A stretch of DNA of 64,000 nt from Antedon mediterranea (taxonomy: Eukaryota; Animalia; Echinodermata): the NCBI RefSeq assembly GCF_964355755.1, contig NC_092672.1, positions 30,262,437 to 30,326,436 on the forward strand, written 5' to 3'. Below the pieces are notes generated by a model, which was not told where the DNA came from, searched no databases, and saw nothing but the letters and a program-made list of their open reading frames with translations. Position numbers and translations under genes: made by a program. The first letter of the stretch is position 1. The number at the start of each line of letters is the position of its first letter. Below are positions 61,082 through 64,000 of this stretch, one piece after another.

Positions 61082-62673
61082 TATATAATGTGTTATTTTA
61101 TCATAATAAGATACGGAAATTCGGTTTGTTTGTTATGTCTGGAAGTTGGACTTGTTATCTATCTCCATAATGCATCAAGTACGTCTGTTCACCGTTCCCT
61201 ACTAAACACATTGGTATTCGTATAGTACGGTTCTTTCTTTAGTAATCAATGTGCTAATTTAGGTTCATGATACTATGAATTTTATTTCAATAGTGTCTAT
61301 AGCACAATTATCAATAATATGATGATCTAGGCCCCCGTGAATTTAGCCTTGTACCAAATTACTAGTATAGAATATACATTTGCTAATGTTTCCACAACTA
61401 ACTATAACAAATACATCATGTATGATTCCACCAAACTTTCGAGTTAAAATCACGATTATGAGGCAGATAAATAGGCAAACTGCCTTAAAATGTATTGACT
61501 TGTTTTCGAAAAACTATTCTCATCATCAGAACAGAAAACAACGCATAGAGTACTTAAATACCAATAGGAAAGGTTGTATATAAATGAAATAAATTTAACC
61601 CTAATTTTTCTTTACAGTTAAAACAAAGAAACGTGCATTTAGGGGAGTTCGTTGTACTAAATAGAACCCTCCTTTAAGATACACCTATTAAGGGGCACTT
61701 TCCGTGAAATGAGTTAGAGGCAATGTTATAACACTACGCCCACCCAAGTTTCCGAATATCCCGTTACCTGAGTAGTAATAAACTACAATATAATTACAAA
61801 ATAATAAGCTTTATTATTATTATCAATATGAAAGCTATATACTAAAAAACAAGACAAGCAAGCTATCATTAGATTTGAAGTATTACGCTAAGGCTTAATA
61901 ATGATAAGTCGTACAATACGTTTTTGTTTGCACCTTTCCGCAAACTTTTTTTCTGTTTTTTGTTTTTGCCCACTTTTTAAAACGTTAACATTTGAATATT
62001 TACATTTATGAGGAATAGAGCTAGGAACCTTCCTAGTAGTAATAGAGCTTCTCTTAATTGCCATGTTCATTAAATAAAGAGTACTACAAATTCTAATATT
62101 GGCCATAAGCATTTTGTTGAATGCAAATATCAATCATATCAATCAATCACTTTTATTCACATGAATCATACATATAAAAACAATGATTTGGAAATGTTTT
62201 GAAACAGAAAAGTAACATTTCAAAATTGAAAATAAAATATCAAAGTATGAAATGAAACACATGAAGGGGCAGTATTGTAAGCAAATAGCTTTAAGCGTAC
62301 AGCCCAATAGTAAGAAACAATTATACTGATTCTCAATAGATATATAAACGATAACAAGTTATTGAAAAAGGAATAATAATTATCACAATCATACCATACA
62401 GCAAATAAACCACTAGATGATCTTAGTGTATTTAAGACCGATAGCATTGATACCAAAAACAATGAAACAAATAGATGATATAAAAATGAGTTAATTATTC
62501 TCGCTGATTGAGTATTAAATACTAACAAAAAAAAGAGCAATATTATGTTTTAATGAACTTAATACTAACTTTAGTTTTTACATTATGAGGTAGAGCATTC
62601 CATAAATTTGCACCTCTAATGTTGACCAATTAATGTCAATTTAAAATATATACACATAATATATAGCTTCTAA

Positions 62674-62811
62674 AGCCCTGTCTGCAATATCAAACTTTAT
62701 GTGACAAACAAATGTGATGTGCCCATGGGCATGATGATGTCACATTATTACCAGGTTTGAGCATATCACTACCATATTTTGTCAAATTAGTTTGATAGTG
62801 TAGACAGAGCT
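62674..62811. mobile_element. MITE family A copy
   Basis: TAA|AGCCCTGTCTGCAATATCAAACT...GTTTGATAGTGTAGACAGAGCT|TTA. Confidence 0.85.
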
Positions 62812-63162
62812 TTAGGCTTGTTTGATTATATCATAAAATACCATACCATACTAAAAATAATTATTATTCATACATATAGATAACGCTGATAAAAGATAAC
62901 TTTTCATAAGATTTTATACATCCTTATTATGATTACAAAAATAATAAATAAGCGTAATATAATTTACATACACATTATTTACAAGTTTTATGTACTTAAT
63001 TACCATTATCCTTTTACAACCAATAATAATTTATACTTTGGGTAAATTGTAATGCTGTACTGTTTTGTCTAATACTCCTACCACATTTACGTGTACCATT
63101 GACAACAAGACTATTTATACAGTATACTGGTTTTGGTGTAGTCTGTCCATATCGACTGGCAG

Positions 63163-63924
63163 TTATGATTTCTGCATCATTTGCCAAGAAGCTGAGTAGC
63201 CTTTCTTACTGATGCTGGCATCGCTAACAAACGTTACTTCTACCGTATTTCCCTGAGACGTCCACTTCATTGGCATGTCTGGTACAGTGCAAATTCTGTC
63301 TATTATGCCAGTCATCATATCATAAACCTAAAAAGTTAATAAGAGAGAAGTGATTATTTAGAAAAAAATCTCTATTCATTATGAAAACAAGTATTACGAC
63401 ATAGGGGTCCAACCTGGAAAGCTAAAGATAGAATAAGTCTATCTAAAACAACATGGTGGAGGAAAATGGACAAAGAGAGAATAATCTAAGATGAAAGACA
63501 AGGAACGAGGAAAAATAGGCCACCACTGATAGAACCAACTACAGCATTTCGAATTGTCGTTTCAACCACCTTCACATGAATGTTGAGGCTAAGGTACTCA
63601 TTTGTATCAGAAGAAAACAAAGAAAAACACATTCTAAATTGTACTGCCAAAGTTGAAACCAGCAGAAATTCCATAAAGACGATGGATATAGGTTACCGTA
63701 CCAACCAAGATATATTATTTTACAAACCTCAATATAATCAAAGTTGCAGTCCGTTTCTTCTTCAATCTGCAAGTCACGGAAGTTAATTTCAATGTAGGAA
63801 CCATTACCAGAGTCTGAGCTTTCTGCTACCAAGACATTCTTACAAATGACGTCATTAGGATAATTTTCTGGATACAATGGTGACGAAATGTTTCCACCTG
63901 AACCTTTCAACATCTTGCCACATT
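63163..63924 (-). CDS. Last two exons (63924-63728, 63327-63163) of a CUB-terminated gene that continues beyond the window
   Basis: CGKMLKGSGGNISSPLYPENYPNDVIC...DCNFDYIE|VYD...VTFVSDASISKKGYSASW...TAA, a complete CUB domain. Confidence 0.88.
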
Positions 63925-64000
63925 CTGAAAAAAGAATACAAAAAAGATTACATTCTGTCTTATTATAAGTATTTCATTATTTGCTTTTCGTCTGTTTTTT

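Noticed and set aside
61770-62540. Hydrophobic or basic minus-strand ORFs (81 and 106 aa)
   Set aside because: Low-complexity AT-rich DNA, probably decayed LINE tails; no splice or domain support.

Overview
AT-rich, intron-rich eukaryotic (metazoan; an invertebrate deuterostome such as an echinoderm is inferred, not proven) genomic DNA, with no prokaryotic features. Contents: (1) a + strand rootletin/CROCC gene of 32 in-frame coding exons (4372-27688, 6156 nt) with a candidate alternative first exon at 1130-1195; (2) a candidate promoter (CCAAT, CRE, E2F/CDE-CHR) and first two exons of an unidentified + strand gene at about 30200-30834; (3) a complete - strand gene (51338 to 33227, 41 coding exons, about 2476 aa by my count) encoding signal peptide + about 38 tandem TSP1 repeats + one C-terminal CUB domain, with a core of A/B/C exon triplets; (4) an intact, very young Ty3/Gypsy LTR retrotransposon (54486-61081, - strand) with a tRNA-His PBS, a -1 frameshift signal and a duplicated PPT/hairpin module; (5) the last two exons of a second, probably paralogous CUB-ending gene (63924 to 63163); (6) many MITEs, a Helentron-type element, SINEs, LINE fragments and minisatellites. 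All exon coordinates were read by eye from splice signals and checked for frame consistency.
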